Below, one piece after another: positions 55,855 to 64,000 of a DNA stretch of 64,000 bases. Each line of letters opens with the position of its first letter. Within the stretch, counting starts at the first letter, position 1. The stretch covers positions 196-64,195 of the forward strand of contig CAZMZM010000006.1 in NCBI GenBank assembly GCA_964570865.1. The letters are read 5' to 3'. Source of the stretch: an uncultured Melioribacter sp. GTDB lineage: Bacteria; Bacteroidota; Ignavibacteria; Ignavibacteriales; Melioribacteraceae. The translations under genes were made by a program, and so were the position numbers. The notes beneath the pieces were generated by a model. The model saw only the letters and a list, made by a program, of their open reading frames with translations. It did no database searches and was not told where the DNA came from.

Positions 55855-57780
55855 TTATTCGTCTTTCTTTTCTTCTTCAGTTGTTTCCGTAGATTCTTCC
55901 GCTTTTTCGTCGGTTGGCGTTTCAGCAGTTTCTTCCTTAGCTTCAACTTTTTCCGATTTTTCTTCAACAACCGGAGCTTTTACTTCTTTTTTAGCGGCTG
56001 CTCTGGCATCTGCTTTTGAAGAAGATTTGTCGGAGTAAAGATTAAAATCATTAGAATCAAATTTGGCAGTATCTGCATTTCTGATTGCATTAACAGAAGT
56101 TCTTTCCAACTTATGAGTTTCAATATATGATTGAATTTCCTCATCGGTTTGTTCTTTAAGAGCTGCGAGAACACTTAATACAATTTTCTTGTTTTCTTTG
56201 TCAAATTCAACAACTCTCATTGTCAATTCATCTCCAATCGGGAAGCAGTAAGAAAGATTTTTAATCTTAGAAGTTGAAAGCTGAGCTTGAGGAACAAATC
56301 CGTCAACTCCCAATGGAAGTTCAACAATAAGTCCTTTTTCAATAATCCTTACAACTTTGCCTTTTGTTGTAGCGCCTACTTTATATTCGGCTTCGAACTG
56401 CGGCCAAGGATTAGGCTTTATTTGCTTGTGTCCCAACGAAATTTTTCTATCGTCGGTATCGACTTCAAGTACAACAACTTCAAGTGTTTCACCTTTTTTA
56501 ACGATTTCGCCGGGGTGACGAACTTTTTTAGTCCATGATAAATCCGAAATATGTACCAATCCGTCAATACCCGGTTCCAATTCCACGAAAACACCGAAGT
56601 TGGTTAAGTTACGTACAACACCGGACTGGATTGAACCGACAGGATATTTAGTAAGTAATTCCTGCCACGGATCGGGAGTAAGTTGTTTCATACCAAGCGA
56701 GATTTTCTTGTCGTCTTTATCCAAACTTAGAATAACGGCGTCAACTACTTGTCCCATCGAAACAAACTGTGAAGGATGTGAAATATGCTGTGTCCAGCTC
56801 ATTTCGGAGATGTGAATCAATCCTTCAATACCTTTTTCGATTTCAATAAATGCACCGTAATCCGTAAGAGATACAACTTTACCGCTAACTTTATCGCCGA
56901 CTTTATATTTCTCTTCGATATTTTCCCAAGGATGCGGAGTTAATTGTTTCAAACTAAGAGAAATTCTCTTCTTTTCTTTGTCGAAATCAGTAACAACGAC
57001 TTTGATTTTTTGGTCAAGTTCAACAACTTCTTTCGGATGATTGATTCTGCCCCAACTTAAGTCGGTGATATGAACCAAACCGTCAACTCCGCCCAAATCA
57101 ACGAAAACGCCGAAATCGGTAATTGCTTTAACGGTTCCTTCAAGAATTTGACCTTTTTCAAGACCTTCAAGAATCTCTTTACGTTTGTCGGCATATTTTT
57201 CTTCAATAAGAATTTTATGGGAAACTACAATATTTTCAGTAGGAATATTAACTTTAACAACTCTGAAATCCATCGATTCGCCAATTAATGCATCAAAATC
57301 TCTGATCGGCTTAACATCAATTTGTGAGCCGGGCAAAAATGCTTCGATACCCATAAGGTCAACAACCATACCGCCTTTAATTCTTCTGATAATTTTACCG
57401 GTAAGAATTTCTTCGTTTTCAAAAGCGTTGATAATTGTGTTCCAAACCTTAAGGAAGTCTGCGCGTTTTTTGCTGATTACAAGATTACCTTCGTTATCTT
57501 CTACACTTTCGATAACTATATCAACGGTATTTCCGATTTTAATCTCTTCGGTACTTGCAAATTCAGATTTTGGAATTGTACCATCCGATTTAAAACCAAC
57601 ATCAATCACAACATTATCTTTATCGAATCCGCGGATAGTACCTTGAATAATTTCGCCTTCTTTAATATCATGAAAAGAAGCGTTAATTAGTTGTTCAAAT
57701 TCAGCAATTTCTTCAGGAGTATAGCCTTCGTCAGTTATTAACTTGCCGGCATCCTGTTTTGCTAATTGTTCTTCGGACAT
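55855..57780 (-). CDS. rpsA: 30S ribosomal protein S1 with a charged C-terminal tail
   Basis: 641 aa with GGAGGA before the ATG. Six S1-like repeats are present (G..[VI].G.V....[DF]G.FV[DE][LI]). The Lys/Glu/Thr-rich tail ends ...TEEEKKDE. Confidence 0.93.
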   Translation of the reverse strand: MSEEQLAKQDAGKLITDEGYTPEEIAEFEQLINASFHDIKEGEIIQGTIRGFDKDNVVIDVGFKSDGTIPKSEFASTEEIKIGNTVDIVIESVEDNEGNLVISKKRADFLKVWNTIINAFENEEILTGKIIRRIKGGMVVDLMGIEAFLPGSQIDVKPIRDFDALIGESMDFRVVKVNIPTENIVVSHKILIEEKYADKRKEILEGLEKGQILEGTVKAITDFGVFVDLGGVDGLVHITDLSWGRINHPKEVVELDQKIKVVVTDFDKEKKRISLSLKQLTPHPWENIEEKYKVGDKVSGKVVSLTDYGAFIEIEKGIEGLIHISEMSWTQHISHPSQFVSMGQVVDAVILSLDKDDKKISLGMKQLTPDPWQELLTKYPVGSIQSGVVRNLTNFGVFVELEPGIDGLVHISDLSWTKKVRHPGEIVKKGETLEVVVLEVDTDDRKISLGHKQIKPNPWPQFEAEYKVGATTKGKVVRIIEKGLIVELPLGVDGFVPQAQLSTSKIKNLSYCFPIGDELTMRVVEFDKENKKIVLSVLAALKEQTDEEIQSYIETHKLERTSVNAIRNADTAKFDSNDFNLYSDKSSSKADARAAAKKEVKAPVVEEKSEKVEAKEETAETPTDEKAEESTETTEEEKKDE

Positions 57781-57883
57781 TAATCCTCCAAATAGACTCT
57801 CTAATTACAAACTATTAAAAAATTAGCGAGCAAATACATTTATTTTAACATTAGTTACTTAAAATAGTTTGTTTTGTTTTAAA

Positions 57884-58561
57884 TTAATCTTCGTCTAATC
57901 TGTGTCTGATTTTATCTAATAAAAATTTTAATTCTTCATTTATTGTCATAGAAGTTGAGTCAATTTCAAAAGCGTCATCGGCTTTTGTTAAAGGACTGAC
58001 TTTTCGACCGCTGTCAATTCTGTCGCGATTAGCTAAGTTTGCCTTAACTTCGCTAAGTGTAATTTCCACACCTTTATCAAGATATTCTTTTAATCTTCTT
58101 TCGGCGCGTGTATCCAATGAAGCCGTCAAATAAATTTTAATATCGGCATCAGGGAAAACGATTGTCGATGTATCGCGTCCTTCGGCAACTACCGTTTCAC
58201 GGTTACCCAACTCCCTCTGGATACGTACTAATACTTCACGAACTTCGGGAATCGTGCTGATATCACTAACCTTGTTATTAACTGCTGCGGAACGAATATT
58301 ATCCGTTACTTCCTTGCCATCAATAAAAACTCGTGTAGTACCGTTTTCATATTTTATTTCAATTTTAGCATTACGAGCAAGTTCAATAACCTTATCTGTA
58401 TCATCCTCAATTCCCTTTTCCATTGCGGCAAAAGTTATTGCACGATACATAGCACCGGTATCAATATATGTAGCATTTATCTGATCTGCTAAATATTTCG
58501 CTATCGTACTTTTTCCGGAGCCCGAGGGACCATCTATCGCTATGATTAAATTTTTTGACAT
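57884..58561 (-). CDS. cmk: Cytidylate kinase
   Basis: 'IAIDGPSGSGKST' and 'YIDTGAMYR' are present. The ATG at 58561 (MSKNLII...) is preferred; an upstream in-frame ATG at 58579 is also possible. Confidence 0.9.
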   Translation of the reverse strand: MSKNLIIAIDGPSGSGKSTIAKYLADQINATYIDTGAMYRAITFAAMEKGIEDDTDKVIELARNAKIEIKYENGTTRVFIDGKEVTDNIRSAAVNNKVSDISTIPEVREVLVRIQRELGNRETVVAEGRDTSTIVFPDADIKIYLTASLDTRAERRLKEYLDKGVEITLSEVKANLANRDRIDSGRKVSPLTKADDAFEIDSTSMTINEELKFLLDKIRHRLDED

Positions 58562-58983
58562 AGTTGAGAAAAATAACATAAAAAAATGTGTTTTTCAATT
58601 AAATAGAAAATAATTTTTACATTTTTTCTTGTTACTTAATAAAACAAAATAAGAATATTTTTTGGATTCATTCTCAAACAGATAATAAATGCCGCTAAAA
58701 AAAATGTTATAATTTTATCAAATATAAAGCATATCTTGACAGTGTTATTAATGACACTCTTGTTTAGAGAGTTCCTAAAATTCGAAATTCTTCGGCTAAG
58801 GATTAGGAAGTATCTGCCAACAAAGAAAATTATCAATCACCAAGTAATAGGTCGATGTTTCTCCATGCTAAATGAACTTGAGTTTATAAAGCAGAAATAT
58901 TTCGAAATACAAAAGAGGAACATCCCACATTCATTAGAAAATCCAAAAAGTTAATAAATAATTTCAACGTCCAGAATAGAATA

Positions 58984-59415
58984 TTAAATCTCAAAACTAT
59001 TTTTTTTATGCTTTAAGTTTTTATCACCGAAGTAAATAATTAATTCAGCAACGAAAATACCTAAAATTGCACCAAGCGTATCAGCAATAAAATCCAAAAA
59101 GTCAGCTTGGCGCTTCGGGATGACTAACTGGTGGATTTCATCAAATCCGGCATATAATATTGCAATGATGAGCGTAAAAAATAATCTCTTTAAAATTAAA
59201 TAATGCGACTTGAAAAACCGGAAGAAAAACATCAATAAAAAAGCAAGTCCAAAATAAGCAAGGATGTGCTCAACTTTATCACTGAGTTTAATCGAGTTAA
59301 CTATCACATTTCCGGGTAAAGTTGTAAGAGTAAAAATGAGCGCCCAATAAAAGATTAATGGGCGCAAAATAAACTTGCGCGGATTTTCCGCAATAATACT
59401 ATATAACCGACGCAT
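58984..59415 (-). CDS. VanZ-like family membrane protein
   Basis: 143 aa with 4 TM segments and 'DKVEHILAYFGLAFLL ... DEIHQLVIPKRQADFLDFIADTLG'. It overlaps the nnr 3' end by 17 nt. Confidence 0.7.
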   Translation of the reverse strand: MRRLYSIIAENPRKFILRPLIFYWALIFTLTTLPGNVIVNSIKLSDKVEHILAYFGLAFLLMFFFRFFKSHYLILKRLFFTLIIAILYAGFDEIHQLVIPKRQADFLDFIADTLGAILGIFVAELIIYFGDKNLKHKKNSFEI

Positions 59416-60964
59416 CTAAAAACTTAATAGTGTGTGGTATGTTTAACATAATATCTTTTGCGGTAAAACCAAATATTGTCTTATCGGGACGAAGCAAATC
59501 GGCTGATAGAGAGTGAATATAAACTCCTGCAATTACTGCATCTTCATGATTTTTGCTTTGAGCTAAAAACGACGCAATAACACCGCTTAATACGTCTCCG
59601 CTTCCGAATTTCGCCATTCCGGCATTTCCGGTTGTATTAATAAACGCTTCACCTTCGGGATTAAATATTATTGTGGGAGCGCCTTTTAACACAAGATAAG
59701 CTCCGGTTTCTATTGCGAACTCACTTCCATATTTTAAAACATCCGACTTGAGTTCTTGGAGAGTTATTCCCAGCAAATCGGAAAATTCTTTTTGATGCGG
59801 AGTTAATATAAAATTTTTCAGATTTTGTTTTTTATATCCTCCGTTACGCATAGGATAAAGTCCGTCGGCATCTAAAACAACCGGCTTCCCTTTCAATTGT
59901 TCAAGCAATTGTAAAACAGCTTCTTGCGTTTCCTCTTCTCTTCCTAATCCGGGACCAATTGTAACTACATCAGCCCATTCCGTTTTATCCCCGAAATCTG
60001 CCAAATCAGAAGGTGTTAAGAATTCTTTATTCCCATTTTCATACGGAATAAAAATCAACCCGATATTTTCATCATGGAAATAATTTCTCACATTTTTAGG
60101 AACAGCCAACAAAGATGCTCCACTGCCGGAATAGAAAACGGAAGAAGCGGAAAAAATTGCAGCGCCGACATATTTACCTGAACCGGCAATAGTTAAAACT
60201 TTTCCAGCGGAATATTTATTTAGCTCAACAGTCTTAACCGGTAAAGCTTCGTATGCGTCTTCAGGTTCAATCAAATAAACACCGCTCTGCTGCGATTCAA
60301 AGTATTCTTCTCCGATTCCAATGTACCCCTTTACTACTTTTCCGGAAAAAGCTTTTCCCTTTTCAAAAAACAATCCTTGTTTATATCCACCTAAAGCAAC
60401 TGTTAAATCGGCATCAAAAATAATATCACCATTACCGGTATCTGCATTTAATCCGCTGGGAACGTCAATGGCAACGCGAATTGCGTTAAATTCGTTTGCC
60501 TTTGAGATAATTTTATCATAAGGGGATTTTAACTTTCCCGTAGCTCCCGTCCCTAACATAGCGTCAATAATTACTGAACAATCATTCAGTTTATTTAAGT
60601 CACGTGAAGATTTGTAAAGTATAATCTCACCGGAGTTTGTTTGCTTCAGTAAATTTTTTGTTGCATTAAAATTCAGCAAAGCGTCCCCTTTTAATGTTTT
60701 ATCATCCGCTAAAGCTAATATTTTAACAAAAAATCCATTGTTGATAAAATGACGAGCAGTTGTAAAACCGTCTCCGCCGTTGTTCCCTTTGCCGGTTAAG
60801 ATTCCGATTGACATAGAATTATTAATTTCAGGAAATTCTTTAAGTATTTCAAGAAAAACGGAACGGGAAGCGTTTTCCATTAGCATTGGACCTTGCAGTC
60901 CGAGAATATCAACTGCATAAGCGTCTGCAAGACGATTCTGTTTAGCTGTAAATAAAGGTATCAT
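59399..60964 (-). CDS. nnr: Bifunctional NAD(P)H-hydrate repair enzyme (epimerase/ADP-dependent dehydratase)
   Basis: 521 aa. The N-terminal YjeF_N part has 'GKGNNGGDG'. The C-terminal carbohydrate-kinase-like part has 'GPGLG' and 'GSGDVLSG'. Confidence 0.85.
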   Translation of the reverse strand: MIPLFTAKQNRLADAYAVDILGLQGPMLMENASRSVFLEILKEFPEINNSMSIGILTGKGNNGGDGFTTARHFINNGFFVKILALADDKTLKGDALLNFNATKNLLKQTNSGEIILYKSSRDLNKLNDCSVIIDAMLGTGATGKLKSPYDKIISKANEFNAIRVAIDVPSGLNADTGNGDIIFDADLTVALGGYKQGLFFEKGKAFSGKVVKGYIGIGEEYFESQQSGVYLIEPEDAYEALPVKTVELNKYSAGKVLTIAGSGKYVGAAIFSASSVFYSGSGASLLAVPKNVRNYFHDENIGLIFIPYENGNKEFLTPSDLADFGDKTEWADVVTIGPGLGREEETQEAVLQLLEQLKGKPVVLDADGLYPMRNGGYKKQNLKNFILTPHQKEFSDLLGITLQELKSDVLKYGSEFAIETGAYLVLKGAPTIIFNPEGEAFINTTGNAGMAKFGSGDVLSGVIASFLAQSKNHEDAVIAGVYIHSLSADLLRPDKTIFGFTAKDIMLNIPHTIKFLDASVI

Positions 60965-61158
60965 ATCATTGCCTCTTTTAAAATATTAATTACTACAAAA
61001 TTAATAATTAATTGTTAATCATTGCGTTTTAAACATAAAAATCTACCGATGGAAAATAAAGGAAATTCCTACTGACTATACGATTACAAAATCCGCATTT
61101 TTTTTACTTAAAGATTTGTTTCTATAAATCTTTGAGGTTACTTTCCCCACTTTAAAAT

Positions 61159-61193
61159 TAAAAAAGCCGCTAATAGCTTTAAATTAGCGGCTT
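61159..61193 (-). terminator. Intrinsic terminator after the 122-aa ORF
   Basis: An 11-bp perfect stem AAGCCGCTAAT/ATTAGCGGCTT (61164-74 / 61183-93) has an 8-nt loop. On the minus strand it is followed by TTTTTAATTTTAAA. Confidence 0.8.
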
Positions 61194-61213
61194 GAAATTA
61201 AATTAATGAACTA

Positions 61214-61582
61214 CTATTCAACAAAAAGAACATCTTCACTCATTTCTTCAATTGTAACCATGTGATTTTCTCCGATTTTAAAATCAAGACGTTTATGATT
61301 ACTAAAATCAAAAACATCTTTGCCGTCTTCAACCATAACAACTTTAATTAAGTCGTAATCTGAAAGCTCGGATTTTAAATCGCTGAAATCAAGTAAATAC
61401 ATTTCCGTAAAAGTATCTTTATGATTAATTAAAACACCATGTTTGGCTTTTGAACAAAAGTTTGTATAAACTTTACCTGCTACAGCTACTTTTAATACCA
61501 TTGCATTAAAAGGCAAAAGTATTCTGTTGCCGTAACATAAACCGTGGTTTTTCTCTTTTAATACATCTTCTAATTTTTTCAT
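61214..61582 (-). CDS. Hypothetical cytoplasmic protein, translationally coupled to the upstream permease
   Basis: The ORF-track start at 61624 is a TTG. The ATG at 61582 has GAGAGGA upstream and lies 1 nt after the permease stop (TAAtATG). No family recognised. Confidence 0.55.
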   Translation of the reverse strand: MKKLEDVLKEKNHGLCYGNRILLPFNAMVLKVAVAGKVYTNFCSKAKHGVLINHKDTFTEMYLLDFSDLKSELSDYDLIKVVMVEDGKDVFDFSNHKRLDFKIGENHMVTIEEMSEDVLFVE

Positions 61583-61583
61583 A

Positions 61584-63038
61584 TTATCCTCTCCCAAAGA
61601 AAAATACGTACCAAACCAAAGCAAATACCGGTACTAATATTATTAGGGAATATTTAATTATATATGCAAAGAAACTCGGCATTTTAACGCCGGCGCTTTC
61701 AGTAATTGATTTAACCATAAAGTTAGGACCATTACCAATATAAGTAAGTGAACCAAAGAATACAGCACTAACAGAAATTGCTTCAAGATAGAGCGAATGA
61801 TTTTCCATAAAGAATTTAACATCTTTTATCGAATCAGGATTTAAACCGAATTTACCGAATGCGGCACTGAAGAAGTTAACATAAGTAGGTGTATTATCCA
61901 ATACACCGGAGAGCGCACCGGTTGCCCAGTAAAAGACACCTGCGTCAAGCTGACTTCCGAATGCATGAGCTTCGTGTGCAATAAGTTGAAGAGCAGGAAC
62001 CATTGTCCAAAAAATTCCGATAAAGAGATAAGCAACTTCTCTAATCGGTTCCCATTCAAATTCGTTTCCTTTAAGCGCTTCCTTATCAGCATAGCGGAAC
62101 GAGAAATAGACAACAGCAAACATTATTATTTCTCTAATTCCTACCGGGAACGGCATTAAGTCGGGTACCCAACTTATTACGTTAGGATCAATAAAAACAG
62201 AAATTAATATGATTACGAGGAACCAAATACTTTTTAATCCGATAATTTCGATCTTTCCGGAATAGGATTGAGAAGACTCACTTTCATCTTTATTTCTAAC
62301 ATCAAATAAATAAAAGATAACAAGAAGCAACAAAATAGTAGGCAACCAAATAATCCAAACATGTTCAATTACCCAGAAAAAATCGACACCTTTCAAAAAT
62401 CCCATAAATAACGGAGGATCGCCGATAGGCGTAAGTGCACCACCAATATTACTTACGAGAAAGATAAAAAATATAATTTGATATGGTTTTACTCTACCCT
62501 TGTTAACACGCAAAAAGGGACGAATTAAAACCATTGAAGCGCCGGTTGTACCGATAATGTTAGCCAATACAGCTCCGATGAAAAGCATGGCAACATTTAA
62601 CATTGGAGTTGATTTTTTATCAATCTTGATTAAAATGCCGCCTGAAGCTACAAATAATGATGAGAGCAGAGCAATAAAGGAAATATACTCAGCTGTCGTG
62701 TGAAGCAGACTATGAAAATTCTGCAAAATAATAATATAGTAGAGGACAACAATAATGCCCAATGATGCAGCGATTAACGGGTAATATTTTTCCCAGAAAT
62801 GCTGATAGAAAAGAGGACCTGTTGCAATCATCCCCAATAAAACAATAAAAGGAATTACCATCCAACCTGAAGGCAACTCCCCTTCTTCCTCCTCGCCGCT
62901 TGTTGCTTCGGCTTGGTTTTCCACAACTTGCGTTTGCTTAACGACTCCGGCGTGGTTAGCTTCCTGAGCGAAAACTTTTGTCTCCGAGAAGGAAGCCACT
63001 ACAAAGAAAAGCAAACCCAGTAGTAATAATTTTTTCAT
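61584..63038 (-). CDS. Polytopic ion-transporter-superfamily permease (ArsB/NhaD/citrate-transporter-like)
   Basis: 484 aa with a signal-like N-terminus, an acidic stretch (SGEEEEGE) and then about 11-12 TM helices. The family call is tentative. Confidence 0.5.
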   Translation of the reverse strand: MKKLLLLGLLFFVVASFSETKVFAQEANHAGVVKQTQVVENQAEATSGEEEEGELPSGWMVIPFIVLLGMIATGPLFYQHFWEKYYPLIAASLGIIVVLYYIIILQNFHSLLHTTAEYISFIALLSSLFVASGGILIKIDKKSTPMLNVAMLFIGAVLANIIGTTGASMVLIRPFLRVNKGRVKPYQIIFFIFLVSNIGGALTPIGDPPLFMGFLKGVDFFWVIEHVWIIWLPTILLLLVIFYLFDVRNKDESESSQSYSGKIEIIGLKSIWFLVIILISVFIDPNVISWVPDLMPFPVGIREIIMFAVVYFSFRYADKEALKGNEFEWEPIREVAYLFIGIFWTMVPALQLIAHEAHAFGSQLDAGVFYWATGALSGVLDNTPTYVNFFSAAFGKFGLNPDSIKDVKFFMENHSLYLEAISVSAVFFGSLTYIGNGPNFMVKSITESAGVKMPSFFAYIIKYSLIILVPVFALVWYVFFFGRG

Positions 63039-63134
63039 TTTAAATCCTTAATTAATTAATGATAGTGTAACCGTACAACTTTATATAAAATCCAACAAAA
63101 AAATCTCCAACAGCATCAGAACCAAAATTCATTA

Positions 63135-63162
63135 TCAATTGTCAATTATCAATTGTCAATTA
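63135..63162. repeat. Heptad array (TCAATTN)x4, copy 3 (also a 14-mer x2)
   Basis: tcaattg tcaatta tcaattg tcaatta, preceded in phase by ttcatta (63128-34). It ends 1 nt before the asnS stop codon (63164-66). Confidence 0.85.
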
Positions 63163-63163
63163 A

Positions 63164-64000
63164 TTAGGGTGTATTTCTGTAAATCATCCGAGGGAACGGA
63201 ATTGCTTCGCGAAGATGTTCTATTCCGCAGATCCAGGCAACTGTTCGTTCAAGTCCAAGTCCGAAACCGCTATGAGGAACAGAGCCGAATTTTCTTAAAT
63301 CCAAATACCATTGGAAAAAATCCATTGGTAAGTTATGCTCTTTAATTCTGCTTACTAAAACATCGTAATCATCTTCGCGTTGACTTCCGCCGATTATTTC
63401 GCCGTAACCTTCCGGTGCAAGTACATCAACAGCGAGTGCAAGTTTTTCATTCTCGGGATCGCGTTTCATGTAAAAGGCTTTAACGGCAGCCGGATAACGA
63501 TGCACCATAACGGGACGGTCGAATTGGTTCGAGATTATCGCTTCATCCGGAGCGCCAAAATCATCGCCCCATTCAAAATCGCTTCCGTTTTTGTGTAATA
63601 TTTCAACAGCTTCATCATACGAAACACGAGGAAAAGGACGCACAACTGATTCCAATTTGCTCGTATCCCGTTCCAGAGTTTTTAATTCTTCCGCTCTATC
63701 TTCGAGTACTGATTTTACAATATATTCCAAGAACTCTTCAGCTAAATCCATATCCTGTTCCAAATCGTAAAACGCCATTTCAGGTTCAACCATCCAGAAC
63801 TCTGTTAAGTGTCTTCTTGTCTTCGATTTTTCGGCGCGAAATGTAGGTCCGAAAGTGTAAACTTTTCCGAAAGCCATTGCACCGGCTTCGGCATACAACT
63901 GACTTGACTGTGTCAGATAGGCTTTCCCTAAATCAAAATAAGGAGTTTCAAAAAGAGTCGAAGTTCCTTCGCTGGCATTTGGAGTAATAATCGGACCGTC
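63164..64000 (-). CDS. asnS: Asparagine--tRNA ligase, C-terminal part (5' end outside the window)
   Basis: Class II motifs '[28 protein letters not shown]' and '[15 protein letters not shown]...REAIPFPR' are present. The 'M' at 63898 in the ORF track is an internal TTG (Leu). I translated the frame to position 64000 and found no stop (...[38 protein letters not shown]...). Confidence 0.88.
   Translation of the reverse strand, partial: DGPIITPNASEGTSTLFETPYFDLGKAYLTQSSQLYAEAGAMAFGKVYTFGPTFRAEKSKTRRHLTEFWMVEPEMAFYDLEQDMDLAEEFLEYIVKSVLEDRAEELKTLERDTSKLESVVRPFPRVSYDEAVEILHKNGSDFEWGDDFGAPDEAIISNQFDRPVMVHRYPAAVKAFYMKRDPENEKLALAVDVLAPEGYGEIIGGSQREDDYDVLVSRIKEHNLPMDFFQWYLDLRKFGSVPHSGFGLGLERTVAWICGIEHLREAIPFPRMIYRNTP

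Noticed and set aside
58580-58983. Two small ORFs (58636-58836 minus, 58736-58954 plus) in the 400-bp gap between VanZ and cmk
   Set aside because: They overlap each other on opposite strands, are low-complexity (Ile/Phe/Lys-rich), and lack a convincing SD or motif. The region is treated as noncoding promoter/leader for cmk, though a small protein or sRNA cannot be excluded.
1-64000. Mobile elements, prophage, integrases, toxin-antitoxin or restriction-modification/defence islands
   Set aside because: No transposase, integrase or recombinase motifs were recognised in any ORF. No flanking direct or inverted repeats of IS type were seen. The single tRNA has no adjacent integrase. The left-hand locus looks like a chromosomal operon rather than an island, although its origin cannot be tested without genome context.

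Overview
AT-rich bacterial chromosomal segment, about one-third G+C by eye. Roughly 50 genes are present, and all but four of the protein-coding genes are on the minus strand. Family content points to the FCB superphylum: a T9SS C-terminal sorting domain, a GWxTD protein and a CarboxypepD_reg-type TonB receptor. Clear Shine-Dalgarno sites (e.g. GGAGGA before rpsA) make an Ignavibacteriota-like organism more likely than classical Bacteroidia; this is inference only.

The right ~39 kb (24.9-64 kb) is ordinary housekeeping: tRNA-Arg, tadA, adk, ftsE, pdxA, rho, murB, comEC, dtd, prmC, ispB-like, a TAXI-TRAP transporter, an M16 peptidase pair, a TonB receptor, crotonase, an SDR, truA, mtaB, rpsA, cmk, nnr and asnS.

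The left ~24.6 kb (185-24827) is the interesting part. It is one tightly packed minus-strand gene train:
- a DUF2254-like membrane protein;
- a 169-aa two-TM protein resembling the membrane core of GldL/PorL, with a Glu in TMH2;
- a 203-aa bitopic protein with GldM/PorM-like topology;
- a 360-aa secreted protein;
- a tandemly duplicated two-gene module of predicted outer-membrane barrel proteins (509+466 aa, 508+460 aa);
- a 4,646-aa adhesin with about 44 diverged Asp-box modules, then FN3-like, dockerin-like, cohesin-like and T9SS CTD segments;
- a small FN3+cohesin-like lipoprotein.

I read this as a candidate undescribed envelope-spanning, ion-driven surface-adhesin apparatus, analogous to GldLM/SprB gliding but with different and much smaller parts.

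Other observations:
- tRNA-Arg(ACG) sits 16 nt upstream of tadA, the enzyme that edits it.
- A dispersed (TCAATTN)4 heptad array occurs at three intergenic sites in the same orientation.
- A perfect 15-bp palindrome lies upstream of the TRAP operon.

No CRISPR array, rRNA, transposase, integrase or phage genes were seen. All family assignments come from motif recognition by eye; no database search was run.
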